DNA of 64,000 nucleotides from NCBI GenBank assembly GCA_029881035.1, contig JAOUNI010000001.1, forward strand, positions 28,924 to 92,923. Direction: 5' to 3'. This document shows, piece after piece, positions 23,030 to 32,738 of the stretch. A program made the translations under genes and the position numbers. The DNA is from Gammaproteobacteria bacterium. Lineage in GTDB: Bacteria; Pseudomonadota; Gammaproteobacteria; SZUA-229. Below the pieces are notes generated by a model. That model searched no databases and was not told the origin of the DNA. It saw only the letters and a list, made by a program, of their open reading frames with translations. How positions within the stretch are numbered: position 1 is the stretch's first letter; each line of letters opens with the position of its first letter.

Positions 23030-26000
23030 TTGCAGATGAAAGAAAGCGATTCAGAAATATTTACACCCTCCTCAGTGGTAACGCACTCTATTGAATCAAA
23101 TCAAGCAAGAATAAAGTTCTGGACATGGGTAATGATCATCTTCTGGTCATTATCAGTTATCGCCTCATTTTTCTGGAACGATCAACAAGTTCATTCTTTG
23201 ATCATGGAGCAGGCTAGTTCTGAATTAAGAGCCAGCTTTTTCAAGGACTTGACATTTCGTCAATGGGCAACAAAACACGGTGGCGTTTATGTACCTGTCA
23301 CCGAAGAAACCCAGCCTGACCCCTATATCGAATATATGCCTGAACGGGATGTGACCACGCCTTCAGGGCGTGTACTGACATTGATTAATCCTGCGCTCAT
23401 GGTGCGTATGTTTAATGAAATGGCAAAAAAGAATAGTAAAACACAGGGGCATATTAGCAGTTTAAGGCCGCTTAATCCTGGTAACAAACCAGATCCATGG
23501 GAGGCTATAGCGCTTAAAGCATTTGAAAATAAGGGAAAAGAAATTGTTGAAATAACTGAAGTATCAGAAATTGATGGCGATCCCTATTTACGACTGATAC
23601 ATGTGTTAAACATGAATGAACAATGTCTCGTCTGCCATCAACAGCAGGGTTACAAGTTGGGTGATGTTGCAGGTGGCGTGAGCGTGTCTGTGCCATTATT
23701 GGAACTAGAACAGACGACGGATAAAAAAATTGTTCAAATTGGTATAGGGCACTGCGTATTATGGGTTATTGGCATAGCATTTATTTTATTGGGAAGTCGC
23801 AGGTTAATTCTGGGTGATGTTGAGAATAATCAAGCATATATAGCACTAAGAGAGAATGAAACGCGTACGCGCGATATTCTTAGTACCTCACTGGATGCTG
23901 TCATAACTATTGATGAGTATGATGTGATCACTGGTTGGAATCAACAAGCTGAAGCTATTTTTGGGTGGTCGTCAGAGGATGTAATAGGAGAGAAGCTGGC
24001 GAAAATTATCATTCCGCAACGATATCGCAAGCAGCATTTAGAAGGTATTCAGCGATTTATAAAAACAGGTATTGGTAAAGTATTGGGTACACGCATGGAA
24101 ACCATTGCGTTAAGAAAGGATGGCGCAGAGTTTCCAGTAGAACTAACTATAGCGCCCATTGTAATAGAGGGTAGACCTGCGTTTAGTTCATTTATACGTG
24201 ATATAAGTGAACAAAAGAAAGCGGCAGAACAAATTAACAACGACTATCATTCACAACGCGTTATCGCCACGCTGCTCGAAATTTCGACGCATTCAATACC
24301 TTTTAAGGAAAAATTGGAACAGTCGCTGGACGTCATTCTATCCACGCCCTGGCTTACATTACAGGGTGCAGGAATGATATTTGTCGTTGAAAAAGATCAT
24401 GATAATTTAATGATGGTTGCGCAGCGTGGCGTTTCAGAATTCATACAGAATAAATGTAATCGTGTGAAGTTTGGTGAGTGTTTATGTGGAAGATCTGCGC
24501 TATCTCAAGATATCATCTTTATACCATGTCATGAAGAAAGTAATGAGGGTGATAATGAAACAAAAAAACATGGTCATTACTGTGTGCCCATTAAAGCAGG
24601 TGACAAGCTTATGGGGGTCCTCAATCTGTATCTTGATCTTGGCCATAAAGTAAATCAGGATGAATTAAATTATCTTGATTCAATTGCCAATACGTTGGGG
24701 AATATAATTAACCAGAATCAGCATGAGGAGAGACTGGAAAAATACGCCTATTATGATGAGTTGACTAATCTCCCTAATCGAACATTATTTATTGACCGAC
24801 TGGACCAGTGTATAAAACATAAAAATCGTCATCAGTCATATTTATTTTCTGTATTGTTCCTGGATCTTGATCGATTCAAGAATATTAATGATAGCCTTGG
24901 GCATGCTGTAGGTGATCAGGTATTAAATCATGTTGCGGAACGCCTGCAGCATTGTGTACGTCAAATAGATACTGTAGCTCGTCTGGGCGGAGATGAATTC
25001 GCAATTTTACTGGATGATATTGAAGATATTTCTGATGCCTACCATACTGCTATACGAATTCATCAGGAATTAGTCGATCCATTGCAACTGCAGAGGCATG
25101 AGGTTTTTACATCAACTAGCATCGGTATCGTTTCTGGATTAGTTTCATATGATAGCCCTAGTGAGTTATTGCGTGATGCTGATATTGCTATGTATCGAGC
25201 AAAACAGAAAGGTAATGGCCATACAGAAATTTTTGATGAAGAAATGCATGCTTTGGCCGTTAAAACATTAAACATTGAAACTGAATTACGCAGAGCAATA
25301 GAACGGAAGGAGTTTTGTCTATATCTACAGCCAATCATATCAATAAAATATAATCGTATTGTAGGTTTTGAATCATTGTTGCGTTGGAATAACCCGGAGC
25401 GTGGTCTAATATATCCAGATGATTTTATTCCTATTGCCGAGGAGACAGGGCTTATTAATGAAATAGGAATTTGGGCATTGCAGGAGTCGTGCAGGCAGAT
25501 CAAGTTATGGAATGATAAATATCCAGATCATAATTCCCTATATATCAGTGTCAACGTCTCATCTGTTCAGTTTCTCAAGAAAGATCTTATTATTGAAATT
25601 GACAGGTATTTGAAATCCATATCGTTTAATAACAAAAATCTTCGGCTTGAAGTAACTGAAAGTATATTAATGAAGGATCCAGATACCGCAGAACAAATTC
25701 TTCGGGATCTAAATAGTAGAGACATCTTATTGTATCTTGATGATTTTGGTACCGGTTACTCATCATTAAGTTATATTCATAATTATCCTTTTCACACATT
25801 GAAAATCGATCGAAGTTTTATAGCTAAGATGATGACAGGGGAAGAGCATATTGGCATGGTGAAAACTATTATTGCCGTGGCGAAGAATTTTAATATGGAT
25901 ATTATTGCGGAAGGTGTAGAAAACAAGGAGCAATTATTGATGCTGAAGGAATTAGGCTGCTTTAATATTCAGGGATATTATTTTTCCAGGCCGCTAACAG

Positions 26001-26050
26001 TAATGGATGCAGAAAATATGCTGAAAGCACCTTTTTATATTGAAATGTAA
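23030..26050 (+). CDS. Membrane diguanylate cyclase/phosphodiesterase: DUF3365 (c-heme)-PAS-GAF-GGDEF-EAL
   Basis: HGGVYVP, SLRPLNPGNKPDPWE and CLVCH; PAS (WNQQAE..RKDG); GAF with GECLCG; RQID..GGDEF; ESLLRW, DDFGTGYSS. Confidence 0.92.
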   Translation: MQMKESDSEIFTPSSVVTHSIESNQARIKFWTWVMIIFWSLSVIASFFWNDQQVHSLIMEQASSELRASFFKDLTFRQWATKHGGVYVPVTEETQPDPYIEYMPERDVTTPSGRVLTLINPALMVRMFNEMAKKNSKTQGHISSLRPLNPGNKPDPWEAIALKAFENKGKEIVEITEVSEIDGDPYLRLIHVLNMNEQCLVCHQQQGYKLGDVAGGVSVSVPLLELEQTTDKKIVQIGIGHCVLWVIGIAFILLGSRRLILGDVENNQAYIALRENETRTRDILSTSLDAVITIDEYDVITGWNQQAEAIFGWSSEDVIGEKLAKIIIPQRYRKQHLEGIQRFIKTGIGKVLGTRMETIALRKDGAEFPVELTIAPIVIEGRPAFSSFIRDISEQKKAAEQINNDYHSQRVIATLLEISTHSIPFKEKLEQSLDVILSTPWLTLQGAGMIFVVEKDHDNLMMVAQRGVSEFIQNKCNRVKFGECLCGRSALSQDIIFIPCHEESNEGDNETKKHGHYCVPIKAGDKLMGVLNLYLDLGHKVNQDELNYLDSIANTLGNIINQNQHEERLEKYAYYDELTNLPNRTLFIDRLDQCIKHKNRHQSYLFSVLFLDLDRFKNINDSLGHAVGDQVLNHVAERLQHCVRQIDTVARLGGDEFAILLDDIEDISDAYHTAIRIHQELVDPLQLQRHEVFTSTSIGIVSGLVSYDSPSELLRDADIAMYRAKQKGNGHTEIFDEEMHALAVKTLNIETELRRAIERKEFCLYLQPIISIKYNRIVGFESLLRWNNPERGLIYPDDFIPIAEETGLINEIGIWALQESCRQIKLWNDKYPDHNSLYISVNVSSVQFLKKDLIIEIDRYLKSISFNNKNLRLEVTESILMKDPDTAEQILRDLNSRDILLYLDDFGTGYSSLSYIHNYPFHTLKIDRSFIAKMMTGEEHIGMVKTIIAVAKNFNMDIIAEGVENKEQLLMLKELGCFNIQGYYFSRPLTVMDAENMLKAPFYIEM

Positions 26051-26126
26051 ATATAAGTACTTTAGGAGCGTCAGTCATAATTAAATCACGTGCCTGATTA
26101 ATATTTTTTTATGTTATAAGTAAAGA

Positions 26127-27578
26127 TTAAATGCTTTTATTGATGCTGATTGGCATTTCGTCAGGCATGGAGTCTTCAAAAAAACAGTATCCATTTCGAC
26201 CTGATTGTTTGACCTTGTACATGGCTGCATCAGCATGATTAATTAATTGAGGAAGATCACACTTATGATCGGGATAATAGGCGATGCCAATACTGACGCC
26301 TAACTGTAGTTGTTGTGTTAAATAATTAAAGGGCTGTGAGATTGCAGTTATACATTTTTGTGCAACTATTGCTGCATTGTCTCGTGACTTTATATTGGTC
26401 AGAATTATGCCGAATTCATCACCACCCAGGCGAGCTACAGTATCAATGGCACGTAGATTTATTAGCAGGATCTCAGAGACAGATTTTAGGATAAAGTCGC
26501 CAGCTTCATGTCCATGAGTATCATTGATGGGCTTAAATTTATCCAGGTCGAGATAGAGTACGCAGAATGCACTATCATTGCGGTTATATTGTGCAAGTGC
26601 AGCCTCGAGACGATCAATAAACAGGCTTCGATTGGGTAGTCCTGTAAGAGAATCATGCAGAGCAAGATAGGAAAGTTTTTCGCATTCCATATATTGCAAA
26701 GTTTCGTCTACACCTGTTGCAATTAATCGATTCCTGGAGTCATCATGTATAACGTTGAATGACCATTCAATAATCGTCTTTTCATGATTGATTTCACAGT
26801 TGCTGATGCAGTTATGAATTTTTAGATGTGCAATATCTAGAGCGGGCGCTAATTTTTTATTATCTTTGAGCAAATTCTTCAGAGGTATGCCTTCACAGTA
26901 AATTGGGAAGAATTCCCATAAAAATCGGCCAGTCGCAGGCATGTTATTGTCAGGGAAATAGCGCTGACAGGCATTATTGGCTAATACTATCTGTCCGTTC
27001 TCCTCAAGTACGATAACCATACTGCCCGTACTATCCATGACAACAGAAAAAAATTCTTTTTCTGTATTTGCCTGCTTCATGGCTTGCATTATTCTACTAC
27101 GGAAAAAAATGATCACTAATGTGCCAATAATAAGTACGGTGAATAATGTCAGTAATATATTGTTGATTAGTGCCTGGTTTAAATCATGTTTTAACTGACT
27201 ATCGTCTAGTATCAGATTGACGGTACCAAGATGTTCATTGTTATAGGTAATTATTTTTGAATATTGACGGACATTTGTTACGCTAGATTGCCCTGTCTCA
27301 ATATTTATATCACCGCTAATAGTTTTTATAGATGCATGAATAATGTCTTCACGTTTGGTCGTATCATTAAGCAGCTTTGTTAGCAATTCATATTCATAGT
27401 GGCTGATATAATATCCACTCAAATTTGTGATGTCATCAAGATGGTTATGTGCAGTTGAGTCAAATGCACTTTTAAGCTGGCTGGTATTATTTTGATAGAG
27501 CCAGTAATTGGTTGCGCCAACAACCAGGAGTAAGATTGTACACAGGTAAAGGACAAAGTGAGAAGTTAGATTTTTCAC
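26127..27578 (-). CDS. Membrane-anchored PAS-GGDEF diguanylate cyclase
   Basis: Two TM segments around a periplasmic domain, a PAS-like region, DSLTGLPNR, RAID I-site, GGDEF. Confidence 0.92.
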   Translation of the reverse strand: MKNLTSHFVLYLCTILLLVVGATNYWLYQNNTSQLKSAFDSTAHNHLDDITNLSGYYISHYEYELLTKLLNDTTKREDIIHASIKTISGDINIETGQSSVTNVRQYSKIITYNNEHLGTVNLILDDSQLKHDLNQALINNILLTLFTVLIIGTLVIIFFRSRIMQAMKQANTEKEFFSVVMDSTGSMVIVLEENGQIVLANNACQRYFPDNNMPATGRFLWEFFPIYCEGIPLKNLLKDNKKLAPALDIAHLKIHNCISNCEINHEKTIIEWSFNVIHDDSRNRLIATGVDETLQYMECEKLSYLALHDSLTGLPNRSLFIDRLEAALAQYNRNDSAFCVLYLDLDKFKPINDTHGHEAGDFILKSVSEILLINLRAIDTVARLGGDEFGIILTNIKSRDNAAIVAQKCITAISQPFNYLTQQLQLGVSIGIAYYPDHKCDLPQLINHADAAMYKVKQSGRNGYCFFEDSMPDEMPISINKSI

Positions 27579-27599
27579 GCCAATACTCCTGGGTAGATA

Positions 27600-28397
27600 T
27601 TAATTAGTTTCTGCGGGCAAAAAACCATTTTTTCTCACAATATCTGTCCATGTTTCACTTTTAGCAAATATTCTCGCCGATTCTACCAGCGTATGCGAAG
27701 CATTATTCGCATCATACACCAGGCCAAGATTAATACCTGCTTCAAAGCCTTCCACGGTTAGATGGTACTGCTCATCAAAATTAGAGATGGCACCAAAAGC
27801 AAGTGCATAATCACCATCGTTTGATTTAATAAAGTTGACAACCTGATGATCACGAGTCAATTTTTTATCATAATTGGCGTGTGTGAAAAAAGGGTATGTC
27901 TTTGTTAATACATTAAGAGCGGCCTCAGTATCTTCACGGCCGACCAGGGTAATTTTATGATCAGCTCCACCTAATTGATTCCAGTTGGTGATTTTTTGGG
28001 TAAAAATTTTTTCAAGCTGCTCAAGTGTTATTTTCTTTATTCTCGTCTGATTACCACTAACCATAGTTAAGGGTATGCGAGCAAGAAAGAGTTCTCTTTT
28101 ATTTAGTGCTTTTTCTTTTTGATTAAGTGGGCGCCCGGTACGTCCAAATAGATATTTATCTGACGCCGTGATACCGCCAGCGTGTTTAATTGAGCGTTGC
28201 TCAACCTTGAAAGTGTATTGTTTTGTGGGAATTATTTCTGAGAAGTGTTTAAAGAAAAGCGTCACCACTGCAGTCGATGGGCCGGCACCCATGACAATTT
28301 GGTTCTCAGTGGCAGAAGCTATATTGCTAAATATAAAAGTTAGGAAAATAACAATGCTACGTAGTGAAATAGCACAAATTTGATTCATATTGGGCAC
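27600..28397 (-). CDS. Periplasmic solute-binding protein (PstS/PBP2-like)
   Basis: Signal peptide; GRTGRPL; LEKIFTQKITNWNQLGG..ITLVGRE typical of PstS-like PBPs. Confidence 0.75.
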   Translation of the reverse strand: MPNMNQICAISLRSIVIFLTFIFSNIASATENQIVMGAGPSTAVVTLFFKHFSEIIPTKQYTFKVEQRSIKHAGGITASDKYLFGRTGRPLNQKEKALNKRELFLARIPLTMVSGNQTRIKKITLEQLEKIFTQKITNWNQLGGADHKITLVGREDTEAALNVLTKTYPFFTHANYDKKLTRDHQVVNFIKSNDGDYALAFGAISNFDEQYHLTVEGFEAGINLGLVYDANNASHTLVESARIFAKSETWTDIVRKNGFLPAETN

Positions 28398-28701
28398 AGC
28401 AAAAACATTGTATTGAGGTGGTTAATCTGGCGAGGATGGTGCCGCTGGTTTTCTTTCATAGTTTTAGTATTTTTAAGTATTAAATGACGTCTCTAAATGA
28501 CAATTGTCAGTTAAATACCTTTCATTCAGTAGTGATATGTAGATTATAAGATAAACCATGTATTGTCTACGGTTAAATGTTGAATGTTACGGATTGTTTA
28601 CGTTGGACTGGTTTAAATGTGTGACAAGATCTTAATAAATAGATCAATGTTTTAGTCTATATATGATTAATGCTAGAAGCGATTATCGATATTGGGGCGC
28701 T

Positions 28702-29217
28702 ATGAATAAGAAACATAAGCCAGTACTGGGTTTTGCAGCCTATAGTGGGACAGGAAAAACAACACTGATAATTAGTTTGTTGCCAATATTGCAGGACAAA
28801 GGATTGAACGTGGCCATGATCAAACATGCCCATCATGATTTTGATATTGATATGCCAGGTAAAGACAGTTATAAATTACGTAAGGCGGGTGCCAGTCAGG
28901 TATTGATAGCTTCAAATTACCGACGTGCATTGATAACAGAAACACCAGAGGGTGAAGAGCCTAAGCTAGAAAATCTAATTAGTGATCTGGATCTTGAGCA
29001 GGTTGATCTGGTATTGGTTGAAGGCTTCCGGCACCTCCCTTTTCCAAAAATAGAATTACATCGGCCATCAACTGAAAAAGAATTAATCTATATTGATGAT
29101 GGTAATGTAATTGCAATAGCCTCAGATGAACATATTTCGACCGGAAATTTACCATTACTTAATTTAAATAATCCGCAGGAAATTGCTGATTTTATACAGA
29201 ACTGGCTGATGGAGTAG
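28702..29217 (+). CDS. mobB: Molybdopterin-guanine dinucleotide biosynthesis protein B
   Basis: GFAAYSGTGKTT, IKHAHHDFDID.PGKDS, LVEGF. Confidence 0.95.
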   Translation: MNKKHKPVLGFAAYSGTGKTTLIISLLPILQDKGLNVAMIKHAHHDFDIDMPGKDSYKLRKAGASQVLIASNYRRALITETPEGEEPKLENLISDLDLEQVDLVLVEGFRHLPFPKIELHRPSTEKELIYIDDGNVIAIASDEHISTGNLPLLNLNNPQEIADFIQNWLME

Positions 29218-29359
29218 TCAGAATGATATTCAGTTATAAGTCGGTAAAAAGATTATGGTGCTGAGCTTGTATTGTTTCTATGTAAAGTGACATATGTCGA
29301 TGATGTTTTTAAAAATCCTGCTATTCTAGCCTTATTACCATATAAAAATAGCGTCATTC

Positions 29360-32146
29360 ATGAAGTTTTATCTATCAATAAAAAATGCCTGGTACGGCCT
29401 GATTTTGCTCGTGGTATTTCTGCCTTTCTTGACGTTGCTAACGTGGGGTAGTTTAGTATTTCATGATGTTCTGTTAGAGCGGTCACTGCAGCAGGAAAAG
29501 GTGTTGCAGGAGATGATTCATAATAACGTGCAGCAAGAAATCGTGCGTTTAACTACCATGCTGGAGAACAAAAGTGATCCCATGGCCTATACCTTGACAC
29601 ATAATTATGATCAGGTGTTATTGTACGAGTTGCTGAAGAAAGTATTAAGTCGAGAACCTGCCATTCATATTTTATTATTATTAAAACCTGATGGAGAGAT
29701 TATTACAGGACGTGAAATTTATGATGTAGGTCAATCTGATATGTCGTCAATGCAACAGCATTGGAACAGCGCATCTCCCATGAGTAAACAGGAACTGCTT
29801 TTTCTCGGGCAGGGGAAAAACTATTTTGGTGCTTCGGGCCATCACCAAGAAGGAGTTTTTTTAACTATTGCAGTGCCTGTAGGTAAAACAGGGGATGAGC
29901 CGATAGCTATACTGATGGCTGAGGTTGATGTCAATATTTTATGGAGTGGTATTAATAAGGACCTAATTAGAGAAGGAATGATTTCATATATTGTTGATGC
30001 TAACGGTCGAGTGCTTGTGGCGCCCGAAGAAAGCCTGATTAATATGGATGAGGATGCCGGTGATCTAGCGTTGGTGAGCGCAATTGTAAATAAGCAAAAA
30101 TGGTCTTCGAGCCAGAGGTATGAGGGAATACAGGGCAAAAAAGTATTTGGCTCATTTTTGACAATTGAAAGTATTGGCTGGCATATTGTAACTGAGATAG
30201 AACAGGAGAGCATTTTATGGCCAATCAAAGAACTAATCTATAAGCTGTCATTAATTAGCGCCGCTATAGTTGTTTTTTTTCTGATATTAGGTATGCATCT
30301 GGTCAAACGAGTTGTTAATACTGTTCAGCTAATTTCAAAAGATTTTAATCGAATCGAAAATCAGGATTTCTCACCATCAAAGATATCTTCACCACTTAAA
30401 GAGCTGGATATAATGGTGAATGGTTTCAATAGGATGATAAAGGAGATTGCACGTAGACAGCAGGGACTTAATCAGGCGGCTATAGTTTTTGAAAATACAT
30501 CCGAGGGCATATTTATAACAAACGCTGAGCCTCGAATTGTCAGTATCAATAATGCATTTACAGATATTACCGGATATGTTGAAGATGAGGTTGTTGGTAA
30601 AAATCCATCAATATTACAGTCAGGAAAGCAGGACGAGGATTTTTATAAGCGAATGTGGCAATCGATAGAAGATAATGGGTATTGGCAGGGTGAATTACAA
30701 AATCGGCGTAAAAATGGAGAAATTTATACAGAATTGCTTAGTATAAATAGTTTTAAAGATGTAAAGGGTAAAGTTGTTCAGTACATTGGTGTGTTTACGG
30801 ATATAAGTAATATTAAGGAGTCTGAACATAGGCTTGAATATCTAGCTCATCATGATCCACTAACAGACCTGCCAAATCGATTAATGTGTCAGGCGCGAAT
30901 GGAGCATGAATTACAATCTGCAAAACGTCATGAACATCAGGTTGCCGTTATGTTTATTGATCTTGATATGTTTAAAAATATTAATGATTCACTGGGGCAT
31001 GCTTTTGGCGATCAATTATTGAAAGAAGTAACGGCACGAATGAATTCACATCTAAGAGATGACGATACCATTGCACGACTTGGTGGGGATGAGTTTGTTT
31101 TGATAATTGGGGCGCTCACTAATAAGCATGATGTGGAGCGCTTTGCAGAAAATGTACTGGAGCAATTTTCAAGGCCATTTGTCATCAATGATAATGAGAT
31201 ATTTATTGGCGCCAGTATCGGCATCAGTATCTTTCCAAAGGATGGCGGAGATGTAGACTCATTGTTACGAAATGCCGATGCGGCTATGTACAAGGCAAAG
31301 GCAAAAGGCCGAAATAATTACCAGTTTTATACTACAGATTTAACCAGCAATGCCTATGAGCGTATGAGTATGGAAACTTATCTGCGCCATGCATTAGATA
31401 AAAATGAACTGGTTCTGTATTATCAACCGCAATATTCATTAACTACAGGGCAGATTGTTGCAGCTGAAGCATTAATTCGCTGGCAACATCCGGAACAGGG
31501 TTTAATTTATCCTGATCAATTTATTGCTATTGCAGAAGAGTCAGGCCTAATTGTGCCTATAAGTGAATGGGTGATAGAGGAGGCATGTAGCCAGCTTATT
31601 AAATGGCAGAAGGCTGGTTGTTATCCGTTACGAATGGCGGTTAATTTATCAGCACGCCAATTCTGGAAACCTGGTCTGGCAAAAATGGTCAAGAATGTAT
31701 TAGCAAAAACAGGTGTAGAAGCTAGTAGACTGGATCTTGAATTAACTGAAAGTATTATTATGCGTGATACAAGAATTACTGAGGAAACGCTCAATGAGTT
31801 TCATGATATGGGTGTTGAGCTTTCGATTGATGATTTTGGTACGGGATATTCGTCTCTTAGTTATCTCAAGCGGTTTCCCATTAACAGGCTGAAAATTGAT
31901 AAAAGTTTTGTGAGTGATATTACTATTGAACGGAATGGCGACGATATGATTAATTCTATTATTGCTATGGGTCATTGTATGGGACTTCAGGTGCTTGCTG
32001 AGGGTGTTGAAACTGAAGAACAATTAATTTATCTGAAAGAACATGGTTGTGATGAGGTGCAGGGATATTATTATAGCAAGCCTGTTACAGCAGATGAATT
32101 TGTAACATTGTATGAAAATATGCGTAATATGATCAGTGTTGCATGA
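29360..32146 (+). CDS. Cache-HAMP-PAS-GGDEF-EAL diguanylate cyclase/phosphodiesterase
   Basis: TM-dCache-like (YIVDANG)-TM-HAMP; PAS NPSILQSG..WQGE..NRRKNG; RDDD..GGDEF; EALIRW, DDFGTGYSS. Confidence 0.92.
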   Translation: MKFYLSIKNAWYGLILLVVFLPFLTLLTWGSLVFHDVLLERSLQQEKVLQEMIHNNVQQEIVRLTTMLENKSDPMAYTLTHNYDQVLLYELLKKVLSREPAIHILLLLKPDGEIITGREIYDVGQSDMSSMQQHWNSASPMSKQELLFLGQGKNYFGASGHHQEGVFLTIAVPVGKTGDEPIAILMAEVDVNILWSGINKDLIREGMISYIVDANGRVLVAPEESLINMDEDAGDLALVSAIVNKQKWSSSQRYEGIQGKKVFGSFLTIESIGWHIVTEIEQESILWPIKELIYKLSLISAAIVVFFLILGMHLVKRVVNTVQLISKDFNRIENQDFSPSKISSPLKELDIMVNGFNRMIKEIARRQQGLNQAAIVFENTSEGIFITNAEPRIVSINNAFTDITGYVEDEVVGKNPSILQSGKQDEDFYKRMWQSIEDNGYWQGELQNRRKNGEIYTELLSINSFKDVKGKVVQYIGVFTDISNIKESEHRLEYLAHHDPLTDLPNRLMCQARMEHELQSAKRHEHQVAVMFIDLDMFKNINDSLGHAFGDQLLKEVTARMNSHLRDDDTIARLGGDEFVLIIGALTNKHDVERFAENVLEQFSRPFVINDNEIFIGASIGISIFPKDGGDVDSLLRNADAAMYKAKAKGRNNYQFYTTDLTSNAYERMSMETYLRHALDKNELVLYYQPQYSLTTGQIVAAEALIRWQHPEQGLIYPDQFIAIAEESGLIVPISEWVIEEACSQLIKWQKAGCYPLRMAVNLSARQFWKPGLAKMVKNVLAKTGVEASRLDLELTESIIMRDTRITEETLNEFHDMGVELSIDDFGTGYSSLSYLKRFPINRLKIDKSFVSDITIERNGDDMINSIIAMGHCMGLQVLAEGVETEEQLIYLKEHGCDEVQGYYYSKPVTADEFVTLYENMRNMISVA

Positions 32147-32264
32147 AGAACGTAATGACTGCTGTTTTCAATAATAGGCCTCATTTTTAGTGTAGATAGA
32201 TCTGCAGTAAAACAGCTAAAATAATCCATATTTTTTATATATAAATTTAGATGAGAACACGTTA

Positions 32265-32651
32265 ATGAGCAGAGAAATTATATCAAGCGACGATGCTCCT
32301 AAGGCCATCGGCACCTATTCACAGGCCGTCAAGGTTGGAACTACCGTTTATATGTCAGGACAGATTCCACTGGTGCCTGAAACTATGGAAATGATTGAGG
32401 GTGATATTGAGGCGCAGATTCGTCAGGTGTTTGATAATCTACAGGCAGTGGCCAGGGCGGCAGGTGGTGATTTGTCTGATATCGTCAAACTTAATATTTT
32501 TCTGATGGATCTGAGCAACTTTGCAGTCGTTAATAAAGTAATGTCTGAGTATTTCTCTGAACCCTATCCTGCGCGTGCGGCAATTGGTGTGGCCGCTCTG
32601 CCAAGAGATGCCGGTGTTGAAATGGATGCGGTAATAGAATTAGGCAATTAG
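32265..32651 (+). CDS. ridA: RidA-family reactive intermediate deaminase
   Basis: [31 protein letters not shown]. Confidence 0.95.
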   Translation: MSREIISSDDAPKAIGTYSQAVKVGTTVYMSGQIPLVPETMEMIEGDIEAQIRQVFDNLQAVARAAGGDLSDIVKLNIFLMDLSNFAVVNKVMSEYFSEPYPARAAIGVAALPRDAGVEMDAVIELGN

Positions 32652-32738
32652 TATATTAAATTTGAATTCATGTCCGTCATGGCTGAAATGCTACATGGCA
32701 GATTTATAAAACCATGAACCTGGATAGAATTATAAACC

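Noticed and set aside
28481-28509. Pho box upstream of the PstS-like gene
   Set aside because: The GTCAT repeats are 13 nt apart, not the 11 nt PhoB requires.
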